A stretch of DNA of 64,000 nucleotides. Origin: Candidatus Aenigmatarchaeota archaeon (GTDB lineage: Archaea > Aenigmatarchaeota > Aenigmatarchaeia > QMZS01). The notes below the pieces were generated by a model. That model was not told the origin of the DNA, made no database searches, and saw only the letters and a list, made by a program, of their open reading frames with translations. Every line of letters begins with the position of its first letter. Position 1 is the first letter of the stretch. The stretch spans positions 16,630 to 80,629 of the forward strand of contig JAGLVB010000003.1 in assembly GCA_023134135.1 (NCBI GenBank), given 5' to 3'. The position numbers were made by a program, and so were the translations under genes. This document shows positions 1 to 9,777 of the stretch, piece by piece.

Positions 1-383
1 GAAGCGAATTTCCCGTGGTCAAGATGCTTTGAATATACTCCGTCAAAAGCCGGGGTTTCAATTGCTTTTCCAACTCCAAAAATAACCTGAACCAAAAATA
101 AATCCATTGGATTGCTGATAAACAAATAACCTAAATAACCTAAACAATTAAGACCATAACCAATAACAATTAATTTCTCCTGATGCTTTACGCGGTCTTC
201 CCACCTTCCTACAAAAAACATGAGTACTCCTGCGGCAATTGCAAACACCCCATAAGCTGTTCCCGCGGTCATCAAATCACCACCGATTTCCTCAACAAAC
301 ACAGCGTAAATTGGTCCGAACAATCCCCCAGCCAGCATGAACAAACCCGAAGATAAAAGTAGAATTTTTAGTTCTTTTTGCAT
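1..383 (-). CDS. MFS-type transporter, N-terminal part (runs off window start)
   Basis: Not in ORF track. Manual translation from ATG at 383: MQKELKILLLSSGLFMLAGGLFGPIYAVFVEEIGGDLMTAG...GRWEDRVKHQ..., hydrophobic helices with an MFS motif-A-like GxxxDR. Confidence 0.75.
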   Translation of the reverse strand, partial: MQKELKILLLSSGLFMLAGGLFGPIYAVFVEEIGGDLMTAGTAYGVFAIAAGVLMFFVGRWEDRVKHQEKLIVIGYGLNCLGYLGYLFISNPMDLFLVQVIFGVGKAIETPAFDGVYSKHLDHGKFA

Positions 384-431
384 AATATATCTGCGTATGA
401 AGATATTAACCATTTTTCTAAATGAATTATT

Positions 432-854
432 ATGGAAAAATACAAATTTATTGAAGACCTGACCTCAGATGTTATGTTTGAGTCCTATGGGTTCACGCTT
501 GAGGAATTATTTGAAAACTCAGCAGAAGCTCTTTTTTCGGTTATGTGCGAGATTGATGAAATTGAGGCAAAGGAAAAACTGGTTTTTGAATTTGAAAGCG
601 AAACCATTGAAGACGCGCTTTTTAACTTTCTTTCCACTCTGCTCGCGGAAAGCGAAATAGCCGAACTTTTCCTCTGCAAATTCAAAGTTAAAATCAATGA
701 AGTAAAAGGCGGGTTTGAAGGAAAAGTCACTGCCTTAGGGGAATCATTTACAAAAGAAAAAGGGGGAACTCTTGTGAAAGGGATTACAAATTATAAATTT
801 AAGATTGGGTTGGAAAATGAAAAATATACTGCTACTGTGGTTTGTGATATTTGA
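432..854 (+). CDS. Archease (RtcB tRNA-ligase activator)
   Basis: YKFIEDLTSDVMFESYG.TLEELFENSA N-terminus, VKGIT and C-terminal VVCDI; 140 aa. Confidence 0.9.
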   Translation: MEKYKFIEDLTSDVMFESYGFTLEELFENSAEALFSVMCEIDEIEAKEKLVFEFESETIEDALFNFLSTLLAESEIAELFLCKFKVKINEVKGGFEGKVTALGESFTKEKGGTLVKGITNYKFKIGLENEKYTATVVCDI

Positions 855-868
855 AATTTAGTCTGAAT

Positions 869-1474
869 ATGGAGATTCATTATTTATTTTTATTAATCGG
901 ATTAATTGCTGTGCTGGGGGATTTTATTGTGCCTTTTATTATTGGAAAAAAATATCCTAATTGTAGCAACCTAAAAGATACAATAAGTGAATTGGGAACA
1001 AATAAAAGTCCTGTAAAAAAACAATTATCCTGCTGGTTAATTATTCTTGGTCTATTATTTATAATATTCTCAATAGGTCATACCTTCATATTTTCAGTTT
1101 ATTCCTAGAGGCACATATTATACATATTAGGAATAATAATTTTTGGAGTGGGTTGCATTATAGCCGGTATTTTTGCGGAAGACCTAAAAGGATTAAAGGA
1201 AACAAGGTCTGGGAAGATACATGGAATTGGTTCAGGGGTGGGATTTCTGTTTCTAATATTTAATCCATTGTGGATGTTTGGAATTATGGATATTGATAAT
1301 TTTAAAATATTCAATCTTCTATTTTTCATTCTTGGTTTTTTATCGTTTGCAATCTTTGTTATATCAAATTATAAAAAAGGACCTATAATAGGTTTAACCG
1401 GATTATGGCAGAGGATAAATTTAGGTATATTGTATTTACCTTTGATTGTTAATTATTTCGTTTTTGTTGTATGA
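869..1474 (+). pseudogene. DUF998-like membrane protein interrupted by in-frame TAG (1106-1108)
   Basis: ORFs 851..1108 and 1148..1474 share a frame and read through as one protein; TISELG, IHG and GLWQR motifs typical of DUF998. Confidence 0.7.
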
Positions 1475-1505
1475 AAATCAACCTTGGATTATTGTTCACT
1501 GTATT

Positions 1506-1570
1506 AATAAGTAAAAATTAGTTTTAAGGAAAAGTCACAGCTATTGGGGAATAATCTACAAAAAGGGGGG
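1506..1570 (+). pseudogene. Decayed duplicate of the archease 3' region
   Basis: 1526-1563 matches 718-755 at 32/38 nt (KGKVTAIGE*STK vs EGKVTALGESFTK). Confidence 0.75.
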
Positions 1571-1660
1571 CTTGAAATCTAAATAATAGAAAAATGATAT
1601 GAACTATTTTAGTTATAACATAACCAATGAATAATTTGATTTTTTATTTTCCCCCAATTA

Positions 1661-1845
1661 TGGCGAAAGAAAACCCCCTTGCTTGCGGGGGGGATGAATT
1701 TCGGCTCACAAATATTCAAAAATAAAACCAATAGATGGAGCCGAAATTCAATTAGTCGGACATATTTTACCATTTAGATAAAGTTTAATAACTGATATTT
1801 TTAAAGAATCTTAGAAGCCTCCCAGCTTGCTGGGGGGTAATTCAC
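1661..1845 (+). mobile_element. Non-autonomous IS200/IS605-like element (MITE/PATE-like), no transposase
   Basis: Two subterminal GC-rich imperfect hairpins with GCTTGC tips (CCCCCTTGCTTGCGGGGGGG; GCCTCCCAGCTTGCTGGGGGGT), right end TAATTCAC, internal perfect 13-bp inverted repeat 1695-1707/1738-1750. Confidence 0.65.
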
Positions 1846-1851
1846 TTATTT

Positions 1852-3627
1852 ATGAAACACCATATTGTTGCAATAGGAATATCAAAGCATAAAAATCCAG
1901 GTAATAATCTTGCTTATGCTGATAAAGATGCCTCTGAGTTTTTTACTCTTTTCAAACAAAATATTGGAGATATAGGTTTTAATCGTTTATTAATTGATCA
2001 AGAAGCAACACTTTCTGAAATAAAAACAGCTTTAGGTAAGGAACTCAGGGAAAACGTTAAACCTGAAGATTCCTTTTTCTTTTTTTATTCTGGTCATGGT
2101 GCTTTAATAAACGATCCTAACGACAAAAATACGGCCCTTGGTTTTCTTGTTCCTTATGATGCAACACAAGATATTGCTAGCACCTGCATTTCTATAGAAG
2201 ACCTAAAAATAATATTTGAATCTTTACCCTCAAAATCCAACCTTATATTTATTGATTCTTGTTTCAGTGGTGTAGTAATCAAAAATGGAAAAAGTTATCC
2301 TGTTCCTAACACCAAAAGTTTTAAGAATCTAAAATCATTTACAAATATGGTAATAGGTAATGGTAGTATTACCTTTACCGCCAGCAAAGATGATGAACTT
2401 TCTATAGAAGACCACGAATATAAAAATGGTCTATTCACACATTATGTCCTTAAAGAACTTCAAAAAAATCGTCCAAGTGCAACATATTCTGCCGTTGAAA
2501 TTTTTGGTCCTATCACTGATGGCGTAAGTAAACGTGCAAAAAAATATAAACACACTCAAACACCAACATTCTTGGGAAAACTTGAGGGTGATCTTAAACT
2601 ACCAATATTTAAACAAGGCATTCACCTAAAACCAGATACCATTGAAATTCCTAAAACACCAAAATTACAAAGGGTTATTTTTTCTGTGCCTGACATTGAT
2701 ATTACTAAAAGTGAAAAAGCCACATTATTAAATGATACTATTGATTTTGTAATTAATTCTTCGGAAACTGATTCTTCCACTAGATTAGAACTTAATTTTG
2801 AAAGAATGTGTAACAATTTAACTAGAAAAATTAAATTAAAATGGGAAAAAATATTTAAAGATATTGGAGATAATATAAATAAAATCCCTGAAGCCATCTC
2901 AAAAATGGAAGCTAATAGTTATCAATTTATGATTTTGGGTGCGGCTACAACGGTTTATGGCACTAAAAAACAAATGCAAATTTTTTCCAAATATCTCACA
3001 TCTCTTTTTGATTTAACCCAAGGTAAATCCGGATTAATAGCACTAATTGCGGTTCCAGAGGTCATAATCGTCGAGGCAGTTTATCTTATCGCCACTATCT
3101 GTATCGCAAGAGATACCTATAGACCCCTACAGGATTTATTAGAAACAACCTTTGATGAATCGGAATACCTCAATAATCCTCCAGTAACTTTATTAAATTA
3201 CAATCATTATCATTACACTCGGGCACTCACAGGTAGTTCTAATAAAGTAAACGAGCATGTTCGAGAATATCTTAAAAATCAAGACTGGTTGCCAGAATTT
3301 GCACCTACATTAGAAGAAAAAACAGATAATTACCAACTTCAAGCAAATTTTCTTTTTACCATGCTCACCATACACGCAGGTGGTGATCTATGGCCTGAGT
3401 ATGGAAGATACCCCGCTGGAAAAATACTTCCATTTACAAAAAAACTTACATACAATAAAGAAACAAGGGAACAAATCAGCAAAATAATAGGCGTTAAAGA
3501 AAATGAAATATGTTTATTATTCCAAAAATATCTTGTAGCTGTAAGAAAACGTGGTTTGGGTGGATTATTTTGGGAATCTATTAATGAATTCCATCTAATG
3601 ACCGATAAAGAAAAAAATCAAATATAA
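1852..3627 (+). CDS. Caspase/metacaspase-family (peptidase C14) protein with unknown helical C-terminal domain
   Basis: IVAIGISKH, L.YA..DA, FFYSGHG (catalytic His), FIDSCFSG (catalytic Cys), GLFT, QTP. Confidence 0.88.
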   Translation: MKHHIVAIGISKHKNPGNNLAYADKDASEFFTLFKQNIGDIGFNRLLIDQEATLSEIKTALGKELRENVKPEDSFFFFYSGHGALINDPNDKNTALGFLVPYDATQDIASTCISIEDLKIIFESLPSKSNLIFIDSCFSGVVIKNGKSYPVPNTKSFKNLKSFTNMVIGNGSITFTASKDDELSIEDHEYKNGLFTHYVLKELQKNRPSATYSAVEIFGPITDGVSKRAKKYKHTQTPTFLGKLEGDLKLPIFKQGIHLKPDTIEIPKTPKLQRVIFSVPDIDITKSEKATLLNDTIDFVINSSETDSSTRLELNFERMCNNLTRKIKLKWEKIFKDIGDNINKIPEAISKMEANSYQFMILGAATTVYGTKKQMQIFSKYLTSLFDLTQGKSGLIALIAVPEVIIVEAVYLIATICIARDTYRPLQDLLETTFDESEYLNNPPVTLLNYNHYHYTRALTGSSNKVNEHVREYLKNQDWLPEFAPTLEEKTDNYQLQANFLFTMLTIHAGGDLWPEYGRYPAGKILPFTKKLTYNKETREQISKIIGVKENEICLLFQKYLVAVRKRGLGGLFWESINEFHLMTDKEKNQI

Positions 3628-3692
3628 AACAATAATATTAACAAAATGGCATACTACTTCCATTCACAAACAATTTCACATATCTTGATAGA

Positions 3693-5183
3693 TTAACCCT
3701 CCATCAAATCACTAACATCTTTTTTCTTTTTCTCACTCTTCTCTAAATAAGCAATGCAATCATCTTCAAGACTCCTGCTTGTTTCCATATCCATCACTTC
3801 TTTGTTCCTGACTTTTACAAACAACGGCAATGAACTTGCCTCTCCGACAAGAACCGCTTCCCCAACTTCAAGACTGGTGATGCTCTTCAATAACTCAGTT
3901 GTCAACCCCTCGCTGCTTTCCCCAATATGCTTCAAATCATAGGGGTTTGTTATTCTCAGATACATATGGGTATTGCACTGGGATAAACTTGTTGTTGAAA
4001 GGTGGACAGGTCTCTGGGAAATCAAACACAACAAACCATTAAACTTTCTTCCTTCCCTCGCAATCTTTTCAATAATTCCTTTTGAGAAATTTTCCTTCCC
4101 GCTTCTCTCAGGAGCAAAATTATGAGCCTCTTCAATAAATGCAACAAAAGGAGGAACTTTTCTCATTATTCTCTTGTTAAAAAGTTCTCTCAAAAAATAT
4201 GCAACAATCATCTGTCTCTTCCGGTTATTGGTCATCTCAGACAAATCAACAACTGTCATCTGACCCGGGACAATCATGCTGTAAATTGAAGGGGTGTCAT
4301 AGTACCCAAATAATCTCAGGGAATTTAATGAACTTAGATTTGCAAACAAAACCTCTTTGGTTGCCTGTTTTATATTTTCATTTTCTTCAATCCCCGCAAT
4401 TATTTCTTTTATACCAAACACATCTTCTGTTTTTCTCAGTTCAGCAACAACTTTTATTAAATCCCTCTCCTGCACAAAACTTAAATTTGGAAGAAATAAT
4501 TTATAATAATAGCTTGGAAGATGAGGCAACCCAATTCTTATATCTTTTCCTTTAATCAAATTTGTTTTGTCTGAAAATTTCTTGTCATAAACAAAACCAG
4601 AATATTCCCCGTGCGGATCTATAACAAGAATTCCTGCTTTGCCCTGATCATCCCCCCGATTAAGAAGTTCTTCCATTAAAACGCAGGTTGCATAACTCTT
4701 ACCCGCTCCGGATAAAGCAAGTATTGCGAGGTGTTTCTGGAACACCCTGTTCATATTCAAATTCACTTTAAGATGGTGAGCCTCAATCTCCCCAAGATGC
4801 AAACCTCTTTCATCAAACTTAAAAAGTTTTTTCAGGTTCTCATCCTCTGCCATATAAACAATCTCTCCGGGAGAAACCGGATAATTTGCTCTTTTTATAA
4901 TTTTATCTAAGATTCCAAGACAATAAACCTTGCACAATAAAAATTCCCATTTATCTGTGGGGAAATTGCTGTTAATAGAAGTCTCATAATTTGAAATTGT
5001 CTCGGGCTGCATAAAATATCTGTTTGTCTTGGTAATCTCTTCAATTCTCCCTATAAGCAATCCCTGTTTAACCTTAACCTGAATAAACAAACCCACCTTA
5101 ACCTTAACTTCCTTATCCGCAACAAAATAAAAATTTGAGGTATTTGGGGTTTCTTCCCTACAAACAACGGTTCCGAGCTCCAT
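3693..5183 (-). CDS. herA: HerA bipolar DNA helicase/translocase
   Basis: N-terminal HAS-barrel-like region, HLAILALSGAGKS Walker A, IDPHGEY, IEEAHNF Walker B, IAREGRKF, SQRP; probable start MELGTVV at 5183. Confidence 0.88.
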   Translation of the reverse strand: MELGTVVCREETPNTSNFYFVADKEVKVKVGLFIQVKVKQGLLIGRIEEITKTNRYFMQPETISNYETSINSNFPTDKWEFLLCKVYCLGILDKIIKRANYPVSPGEIVYMAEDENLKKLFKFDERGLHLGEIEAHHLKVNLNMNRVFQKHLAILALSGAGKSYATCVLMEELLNRGDDQGKAGILVIDPHGEYSGFVYDKKFSDKTNLIKGKDIRIGLPHLPSYYYKLFLPNLSFVQERDLIKVVAELRKTEDVFGIKEIIAGIEENENIKQATKEVLFANLSSLNSLRLFGYYDTPSIYSMIVPGQMTVVDLSEMTNNRKRQMIVAYFLRELFNKRIMRKVPPFVAFIEEAHNFAPERSGKENFSKGIIEKIAREGRKFNGLLCLISQRPVHLSTTSLSQCNTHMYLRITNPYDLKHIGESSEGLTTELLKSITSLEVGEAVLVGEASSLPLFVKVRNKEVMDMETSRSLEDDCIAYLEKSEKKKKDVSDLMEG

Positions 5184-5265
5184 AATTAAGGTTTTAGAAA
5201 ATTTAAACAAAACTGCCTTAATTTTGCAAGAATGGGATATAAATTATTTAATATCTTACTAAATA

Positions 5266-6030
5266 ATGATTACTAATAAACTTGGAATAATACAAAAAGC
5301 TCTGGAAATAAATCCTGAAGTGGCTATTGTTGATTATAAGAATATGGCTTTGATTGTAAATAAACAAAACCCTTATCAGGAACTTATAAATTATACTATT
5401 GCTCCAAAAGAGGGATTATATACAGAAAAAGAATTGCAGGATTTTATGTTAAATTTGGTTCCCAGATTAAAACCAGAAGATAAAAAAGATTTCTTTTCTC
5501 ATGAATTGGTAGAACCTGGGTTTGGAGCCGCTTTAGATGAGGTTTTAATAGCTGCTTTCCATGTGAAAACACCTAAAAAACCCGAAAGACTTTCATATGG
5601 AAATCTGGAGTTTAAAGAGATTGTAGGTGAAATAGATAGAAATAGATTGGATGAAAATTACCCTATAGGAGATCATCTTTACGAAAAAGTTAAAGATGGA
5701 ACTGCACTAAAATTTTTATTAGAAATTGCCGGATATCAGGAAGGTGGAGATAACGCAGAAAAAGCAGAACTTTGGAGAAAAATAGATATAAATGTGTTGC
5801 CAAATCCGCTAATCGCAAAATTAGCCGGTTATAATAGATCAGAGGATTCAAGTTTAGGAAGCGAATCTATATATAATGGATTCATAATAGATGGAAAAGC
5901 TTTGATTGTTCCTAAACTTTTAGGACATCATATAGATACAGAGGATTTAAATAAATATGCCAAAGAATGGGAAATTATATTGAATGAAAATAATCCAGAG
6001 GTCCTCGCTTCATATGGAGTTAAGATATAA
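5266..6030 (+). CDS. Hypothetical protein
   Basis: 254-aa ORF with ATG start and normal composition; no motif recognised. Confidence 0.6.
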   Translation: MITNKLGIIQKALEINPEVAIVDYKNMALIVNKQNPYQELINYTIAPKEGLYTEKELQDFMLNLVPRLKPEDKKDFFSHELVEPGFGAALDEVLIAAFHVKTPKKPERLSYGNLEFKEIVGEIDRNRLDENYPIGDHLYEKVKDGTALKFLLEIAGYQEGGDNAEKAELWRKIDINVLPNPLIAKLAGYNRSEDSSLGSESIYNGFIIDGKALIVPKLLGHHIDTEDLNKYAKEWEIILNENNPEVLASYGVKI

Positions 6031-6049
6031 TTTATTATAAGGTAAATAT

Positions 6050-7447
6050 ATGGAAACAGGGATTAATCAAAATTCAGACAAAATCAGGGATGTTCTTATT
6101 ATTGGAGCTGGACCTGCGGGAATGTTCGCAGCAGATAAACTTGCGGGTAAAAAAGATGTTTTGATAATTGATAAAGGCAGAGAAGTTAATGACCGGGTCT
6201 GCAAAATGAACGGCAATATAAATTGCGCTCATTGCGTGCCTTGTAACATAATGTGTGGAGTTGGAGGAGCAGGAACTTTCTCTGACGGAACTTTAAATTT
6301 AAACCCTGAGATTGGAGGAAACCTTGAGGATTTCACAGATAAAAAAGATGCGTGGGATTTAATCAAAGAAACAGATGATATTTTTATCAGGTACGGGTCC
6401 CCAAACACCACGCAGAAATACGATCCTATAAAAATAGAAAATCTGAAAAGAAAAGCTATGGCTTTTGGGGCAAAGTTTATTGAAATAAAACAGAGGCATA
6501 TGGGTTCTGACAATTCCCCGGAAATCATACAAAAATTTAAGGTTGACCTTGAAAAAAGAGGAATTAATTTTATGCTTAATACAGAGGTTGATGATTTGAT
6601 TATAGAAAATAATACATGCGCAGGCGTTACTTTGAAAAATGGCGAACAGATAAAAGCAAAGAAAATATTGCTTGCTCCGGGCAGAATAGGCTCAGAATTT
6701 GTAAATGAACTCGTTGATAAACACAAAATTGATTATTATTACGGAGGAATTGATGTTGGAGTTAGGGTGGAAGTCTCAGCAATAGTCACAAATGCAATAA
6801 CCGAAATAAACAGGGACCCAAAATTCCACATTAACACAAAAACCTATGATGATTTTATAAGAACTTTCTGCACCAATGAAAAAGGTTATGTTGTAAAGGA
6901 AGAATATGATGGTTTTGTGACTGTAAACGGTCATTCCTTAAGAAAAACAAAATCAGAAAACACCAACTTTGCATTTCTTGTTAGCGTTGATTTAACAGAA
7001 CCCCTTGAAAATACAACCAAATACGGGAAATCAATTGCAAAACTTGCAACAACAATCGGCGGGGGGAAACCCTTGGTCCAAAGATTTGGAGATTTAAGAA
7101 GAGGGAGGAGATCAACAGTCAATAAAATAAAAAGAAATTCTGTGAAAAATACTCTTGAAGATGTGACTCCTGGAGATATTTCAATGGCTCTTCCTCACAG
7201 GATAGTAAAGGATATTATTGAGGGTCTTGAAGTCCTGAATAAAATTATCCCTGGAGTGGCTTCTGATTCAACTTTACTTTATGCCCCGGAAGTAAAATTC
7301 TACGCAATAAAACTAAATGTTGACAAAAATATGCGAACCTCGGTTAAAAACCTTTATGCGGCAGGAGATGGGTGTGGTTTGTCAAGAGATATAATAAATG
7401 CTGCTGCAACTGGTATTCTGGCTGGAAGGGGGATTTTAGCGGAATAA
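6050..7447 (+). CDS. FAD-dependent oxidoreductase (COG2509-like)
   Basis: IIGAGPAG Rossmann motif, Cys cluster, GVGGAGTFSDG, RTFCTN, GDGCG. Confidence 0.85.
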   Translation: METGINQNSDKIRDVLIIGAGPAGMFAADKLAGKKDVLIIDKGREVNDRVCKMNGNINCAHCVPCNIMCGVGGAGTFSDGTLNLNPEIGGNLEDFTDKKDAWDLIKETDDIFIRYGSPNTTQKYDPIKIENLKRKAMAFGAKFIEIKQRHMGSDNSPEIIQKFKVDLEKRGINFMLNTEVDDLIIENNTCAGVTLKNGEQIKAKKILLAPGRIGSEFVNELVDKHKIDYYYGGIDVGVRVEVSAIVTNAITEINRDPKFHINTKTYDDFIRTFCTNEKGYVVKEEYDGFVTVNGHSLRKTKSENTNFAFLVSVDLTEPLENTTKYGKSIAKLATTIGGGKPLVQRFGDLRRGRRSTVNKIKRNSVKNTLEDVTPGDISMALPHRIVKDIIEGLEVLNKIIPGVASDSTLLYAPEVKFYAIKLNVDKNMRTSVKNLYAAGDGCGLSRDIINAAATGILAGRGILAE

Positions 7448-7483
7448 TTGCTAAACATTTAAAATTTTATTGCTAATTTATAA

Positions 7484-7774
7484 ATGATGGAACTTGACCC
7501 TGTACAGGGAATAAGCATTGCACTTAGCTGCTTTGGTATTGTATATTTAGGCGCAGTAGGGGCTAGTTATTATGCAAGAAAAAAGGAGATTACTCAAAGA
7601 ATGGGGCTTGGAGTTCCGATTAGAAAATATGATTATTCTGCAAGAGACAAAATCGAAGATACTCTTTTTATAGGACCTTATCTAGCTGAAAGTCAATTCA
7701 AAAATGGAAAATTTGATGGTAAATTCCTAGATATTGATGAAGAAACTTTAACCCATTATAAACAAAGTTTATAA
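7484..7774 (+). CDS. Small hypothetical protein, one N-terminal TM helix
   Basis: 96-aa ORF filling the gap between genes; hydrophobic N-terminus. Confidence 0.55.
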   Translation: MMELDPVQGISIALSCFGIVYLGAVGASYYARKKEITQRMGLGVPIRKYDYSARDKIEDTLFIGPYLAESQFKNGKFDGKFLDIDEETLTHYKQSL

Positions 7775-7792
7775 TTTTGAACAAGCTAAATT

Positions 7793-8338
7793 ATGAAATA
7801 TCTGATTATTGGAGACCTCCATCTATCTGAACCAAATAAAATCCCGGAAGTTATAATCAATTTAGCAAAAAAAATGGATGGAATTATCTGCACGGGAGAT
7901 TTAACCTCAAAAATTGTTCTCGAAAAATTGAAAAAAATGAACAAAACATTCTTTTTGCGAAGCAAAAAGATGCACCGTCGAATGACGCGTGATTTAATTG
8001 TGGTAAAAGGCAACTGCGACACACTTGTTTCTGAACTTATTGATTTACCTGAATACTTGGAATTTGAAGTTGAAAACAAAAAAATCGGGGTGATTCATTC
8101 ACATCAATTTGGAAGAGGGAATCTTGAAAAAATCAAAGAATTCGCAAACTCAAAAAAATTGGATGTTATAATTTTCGGTCACACCCACCAACCACTTATA
8201 GAAAAAAGAGGAAATTTGTTTTTAATAAATCCCGGAACACTTACAGGCGCAATCTCAGGCAAAGGAATCCAAACAGAAAAAACTTACGCGATTCTTGAAA
8301 TAGGGAAAGATATTAATGCTAAAATAAATAGATTATAA
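7793..8338 (+). CDS. YfcE/MJ0936/Vps29-family metallophosphoesterase carrying an in-frame palindromic insertion
   Basis: GDLH, TGD, GNCD, HSH, FGHTH, NPG motifs; extra ~15 aa (TFFLRSKKMHRRMTR) before GNCD. Confidence 0.88.
   Translation: MKYLIIGDLHLSEPNKIPEVIINLAKKMDGIICTGDLTSKIVLEKLKKMNKTFFLRSKKMHRRMTRDLIVVKGNCDTLVSELIDLPEYLEFEVENKKIGVIHSHQFGRGNLEKIKEFANSKKLDVIIFGHTHQPLIEKRGNLFLINPGTLTGAISGKGIQTEKTYAILEIGKDINAKINRL
7943..7990 (+). repeat. Palindromic repeat element (ACATT-stem-NNN-stem-ATGCACCGT family), intragenic copy
   Basis: AAAACATT CTTTTTGC GAA GCAAAAAG ATGCACCGT followed by CGTC-GAAT-GACG hairpin; related copies at 24628-24664 and 38977-39009. Confidence 0.75.
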
Positions 8339-8341
8339 ATT

Positions 8342-9379
8342 ATGGAATTGAAACGAGAAATAACAAATCTCCCGGAACTTGTAAATAAACTTAAGAAAAA
8401 AGATAAGGAATTATTTAACAGGTTTTATTCTGTAAAATTATCTGTTGGGCGGCTGAAAGTCACTCCTGAAATGGAAACTTTTGTAAAAAGTAAATTTAAA
8501 TCCATAAAAAAAACCGAGAACCAGAAAATTGTCTGTATCAACAACAAATTGACTTGGGAAGGAAACCTATTCAACGAATTAAGAAGTATGAGACCAAAAC
8601 CAAAAGTGAAATTTAAATTATCAGAACTCGATAACAAAGAAAACTGCCTCTTCTGCAATATTGAAAAACAAACACCTTTGGATATTTTTGGAAGAATAAA
8701 AGGAAAACATTGCATAACAGCGAGCAATATTGCGAAATGTGATAAGTTCCACGGTCTGATTATATTTAATGAGCACAACCCCTTAAAACTAAAAAAAGCG
8801 TGGTTAAAAGATTATTTTGAAACAGCGGAAAAATGGTTTGACCGGACAGACAACTCAAATAAAAAAATGATTAATAATTTTCTCATCTGGAATTGCTTAT
8901 GGAGAAGCAGCGCCTCAATCATCCACGGTCATATGCAAATAACCGCTTCTGAAACCAAATACCAAAAGATAATAAGACTTGAAGAAATATATGATAAATA
9001 CAAAAAGAAATATAAATCAGATTATTTCCTTGATTTATTCAAAATTCATAAAAATCTTGGTCTTGGTGAAAAAATTGGAAAATCAATGGTGCTTTATTAT
9101 CTTACACCAATCAAAGAAAAAGAAATTGTTGTACTATCAAAAGAAAAAAGATTTCCTGAAATAAGCGATTTAATCTATAACTTAATAAAAAATTATTTCA
9201 GAATCGGAGTGCAGTCCTTTAATGTTTCTCTGACTAAAATCAAAGAATATTGGATGCTGAGGTTGGTGGACAGAGGTTCTCTTGAAAACAGAAACTCAGA
9301 CATAGGGGTGATGGAATTATACGCAAATTCTGTTGTGGCTTATGATCCTTTCAGGCTGGTAAAGGAGATTAAATTATAA
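8342..9379 (+). CDS. GalT-like / HIT-superfamily nucleotidyltransferase
   Basis: CLFC zinc knuckle, NIAK, WN...SASIIHGHMQ (HxHxQ). Confidence 0.75.
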   Translation: MELKREITNLPELVNKLKKKDKELFNRFYSVKLSVGRLKVTPEMETFVKSKFKSIKKTENQKIVCINNKLTWEGNLFNELRSMRPKPKVKFKLSELDNKENCLFCNIEKQTPLDIFGRIKGKHCITASNIAKCDKFHGLIIFNEHNPLKLKKAWLKDYFETAEKWFDRTDNSNKKMINNFLIWNCLWRSSASIIHGHMQITASETKYQKIIRLEEIYDKYKKKYKSDYFLDLFKIHKNLGLGEKIGKSMVLYYLTPIKEKEIVVLSKEKRFPEISDLIYNLIKNYFRIGVQSFNVSLTKIKEYWMLRLVDRGSLENRNSDIGVMELYANSVVAYDPFRLVKEIKL

Positions 9380-9419
9380 TTTCAGTTTTGTAATTAATAT
9401 TTATTATCAGAATATAATC

Positions 9420-9698
9420 ATGGGCTATATACAGAACTGTATTAACTATAATACTCAAAATACTGAAATTGACGAAAAACCTTGCAGAACTAAAGAATTC
9501 AGCATTCGCGTAGTTGGAAAATATGATTTAGATAAATTATTGCGGGAAAAATATGGGGATAATTATATCTCACATGAAATTAATATCAAACCCAATCCCG
9601 GAACACCTGAAATTTATCCTGAATATGAATATTTTCCCGGAACCTGTAAACAAACAGCCTGTTCCTGGATAATCAAAGGCAAATTATATCTGAAATAA
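9420..9698 (+). CDS. Small hypothetical protein
   Basis: 92-aa ORF, ATG start, four Cys. Confidence 0.5.
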   Translation: MGYIQNCINYNTQNTEIDEKPCRTKEFSIRVVGKYDLDKLLREKYGDNYISHEINIKPNPGTPEIYPEYEYFPGTCKQTACSWIIKGKLYLK

Positions 9699-9777
9699 CA
9701 AAGTTGGTTAATCCTTGAGAATGGAGCAATAAACTATTATTTCCAGTAAGAGCGTTTTAATAAACACAGATATTATT

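Noticed and set aside
1852-5183. Caspase + HerA as a two-gene defence system
   Set aside because: The genes are convergent, and the HerA looks like the housekeeping HAS-barrel type with a core-gene-like promoter; adjacency is probably incidental
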